The notes below the pieces were generated by a model. It ran no database searches and had not been told where the DNA came from. It worked only from the letters and a program-made list of their open reading frames with translations. Source: a virus. Taken from it: a stretch of 51,168 bases of DNA. The DNA lies in IMG/VR virus record IMGVR_UViG_3300005831_000022. One strand, 5' to 3'. Below are positions 50,463 through 51,168 of the stretch, one piece after another (position 1 is the first letter of the stretch; each line of letters starts with the position of its first letter). The translations under genes were made by a program, and so were the position numbers.

Positions 50463-50543
50463 ATATAAATAACTATATGTTAACATTATAATAGTACAGT
50501 GGTACAATAATAATATAAAACAAACAAGAAAGAGGTATAAACA

Positions 50544-51168
50544 GTGAACAAACCTAAGTTACTATGTATGAACATGCACGACTACACGAAACAAGAACAA
50601 ACAAAAGTTACAACATTAAATTATTTTAATAACATCAAGAACATGACCGAACATTACAATGTTATAATTGTACTATTTAACAGTTTACAACACAGCGAAA
50701 TTACAAAGTACGCACCATCACTATGTAACAGTGAAGATGTAACAATAGTTCACATGTATGAACTAAAATTACTCGAAATGAAACAATTCATAAGTAAGTG
50801 TCACCTAGTAAGTTGTATCTACATGCTGGGGTTCAACGTTGAATCAGATTTACACACAAGGCAAGGACTCACAGTGTACACATGCAACGGTAAAGAGTTA
50901 CGTTATGTCTTTTATAACTTTCTGCTTGATGCATACAGACGCAGACCAAACATTGTAATTTACTTAACAGAAAAAGATGTGGAAGAAGCGTTAAAAACTT
51001 TGAGTGTATTCTCTCTCATAGAAAACAAGAAAGTGAAAGTTCAAACCGACTTTGTTTCTGTAATACGCACAGGCATAGGAAGTACACGACAAAACAAAAA
51101 CTTACTAGAATTTATTAATAAAAAACTATCAGGACAAATAGACGGTTCTAAACCATTTGTAAAAAAAG
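50544..51168 (+). CDS. Hypothetical protein, 5' part of the junction-spanning CDS (continues at 121..548)
   Basis: GTG 8 nt after AGAAAGAGG. The frame is open to the window end and in phase with 120..548 through the 120-nt overlap. Confidence 0.6.
   Translation, partial: MNKPKLLCMNMHDYTKQEQTKVTTLNYFNNIKNMTEHYNVIIVLFNSLQHSEITKYAPSLCNSEDVTIVHMYELKLLEMKQFISKCHLVSCIYMLGFNVESDLHTRQGLTVYTCNGKELRYVFYNFLLDAYRRRPNIVIYLTEKDVEEALKTLSVFSLIENKKVKVQTDFVSVIRTGIGSTRQNKNLLEFINKKLSGQIDGSKPFVKK
51049..51168. repeat. Terminal direct repeat, identical to 1..120
   Basis: 120/120 nt identical by direct comparison. Confidence 0.95.

Noticed and set aside
1-51168. Alternative genetic code / stop-codon reassignment, and CRISPR arrays.
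   Set aside because: All large genes (terL, portal, TMP, DnaE, the GH5 protein) are intact under the standard bacterial code. No regularly spaced repeat-spacer array is present.

Overview
The window is a complete, circularly closed tailed-phage genome of about 51,048 bp. Bases 1..120 are identical to 51049..51168, and one ORF reads in phase through that junction. GC content is low, the coding strand is A-rich, and every credible gene is on the + strand. I found no integrase or repressor, so a virulent siphovirus-like phage of a Firmicutes-type host is likely (Hol44-type holin, CHAP/SH3 lysin, consensus sigma-A promoters). The layout has three blocks. (i) An early/accessory region (about 50.1 kb through the junction to 14.7 kb) is cut into many short units by at least 8 near-consensus promoters. 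It encodes an AAA+ ATPase, RNase HI, a secreted lytic transglycosylase, many small Cys-rich proteins and several long structured non-coding leaders. (ii) A late block (14.9..39.1 kb) runs terS, terL, portal, head, tail, tape measure, Dit, Tal and holin. It is interrupted twice by displaced or moron-like modules. (iii) A replication/recombination block (39.3..49.5 kb) holds primase, a gp32-like SSB, a DnaE-type polymerase, RecA, a Cas4-like nuclease and a RuvC-like resolvase. It is followed by about 1.1 kb of repeat-rich non-coding DNA. The most unusual signals are at the RNA and cis-element level. The first is a family of 14 covarying 4-bp/tetraloop mini-hairpins just upstream of ribosome-binding sites. 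The second is a set of hairpins starting exactly at the predicted +1 of most promoters. The third is a non-canonical tRNA-like element inside an operon. There are also several 150-420 nt structured leaders, two apparent recoding sites (primase -1, tail chaperone +1) and a shared acidic-Trp C-terminal tail on six proteins. All functional calls come from reading motifs by eye. No database search or folding program was run.
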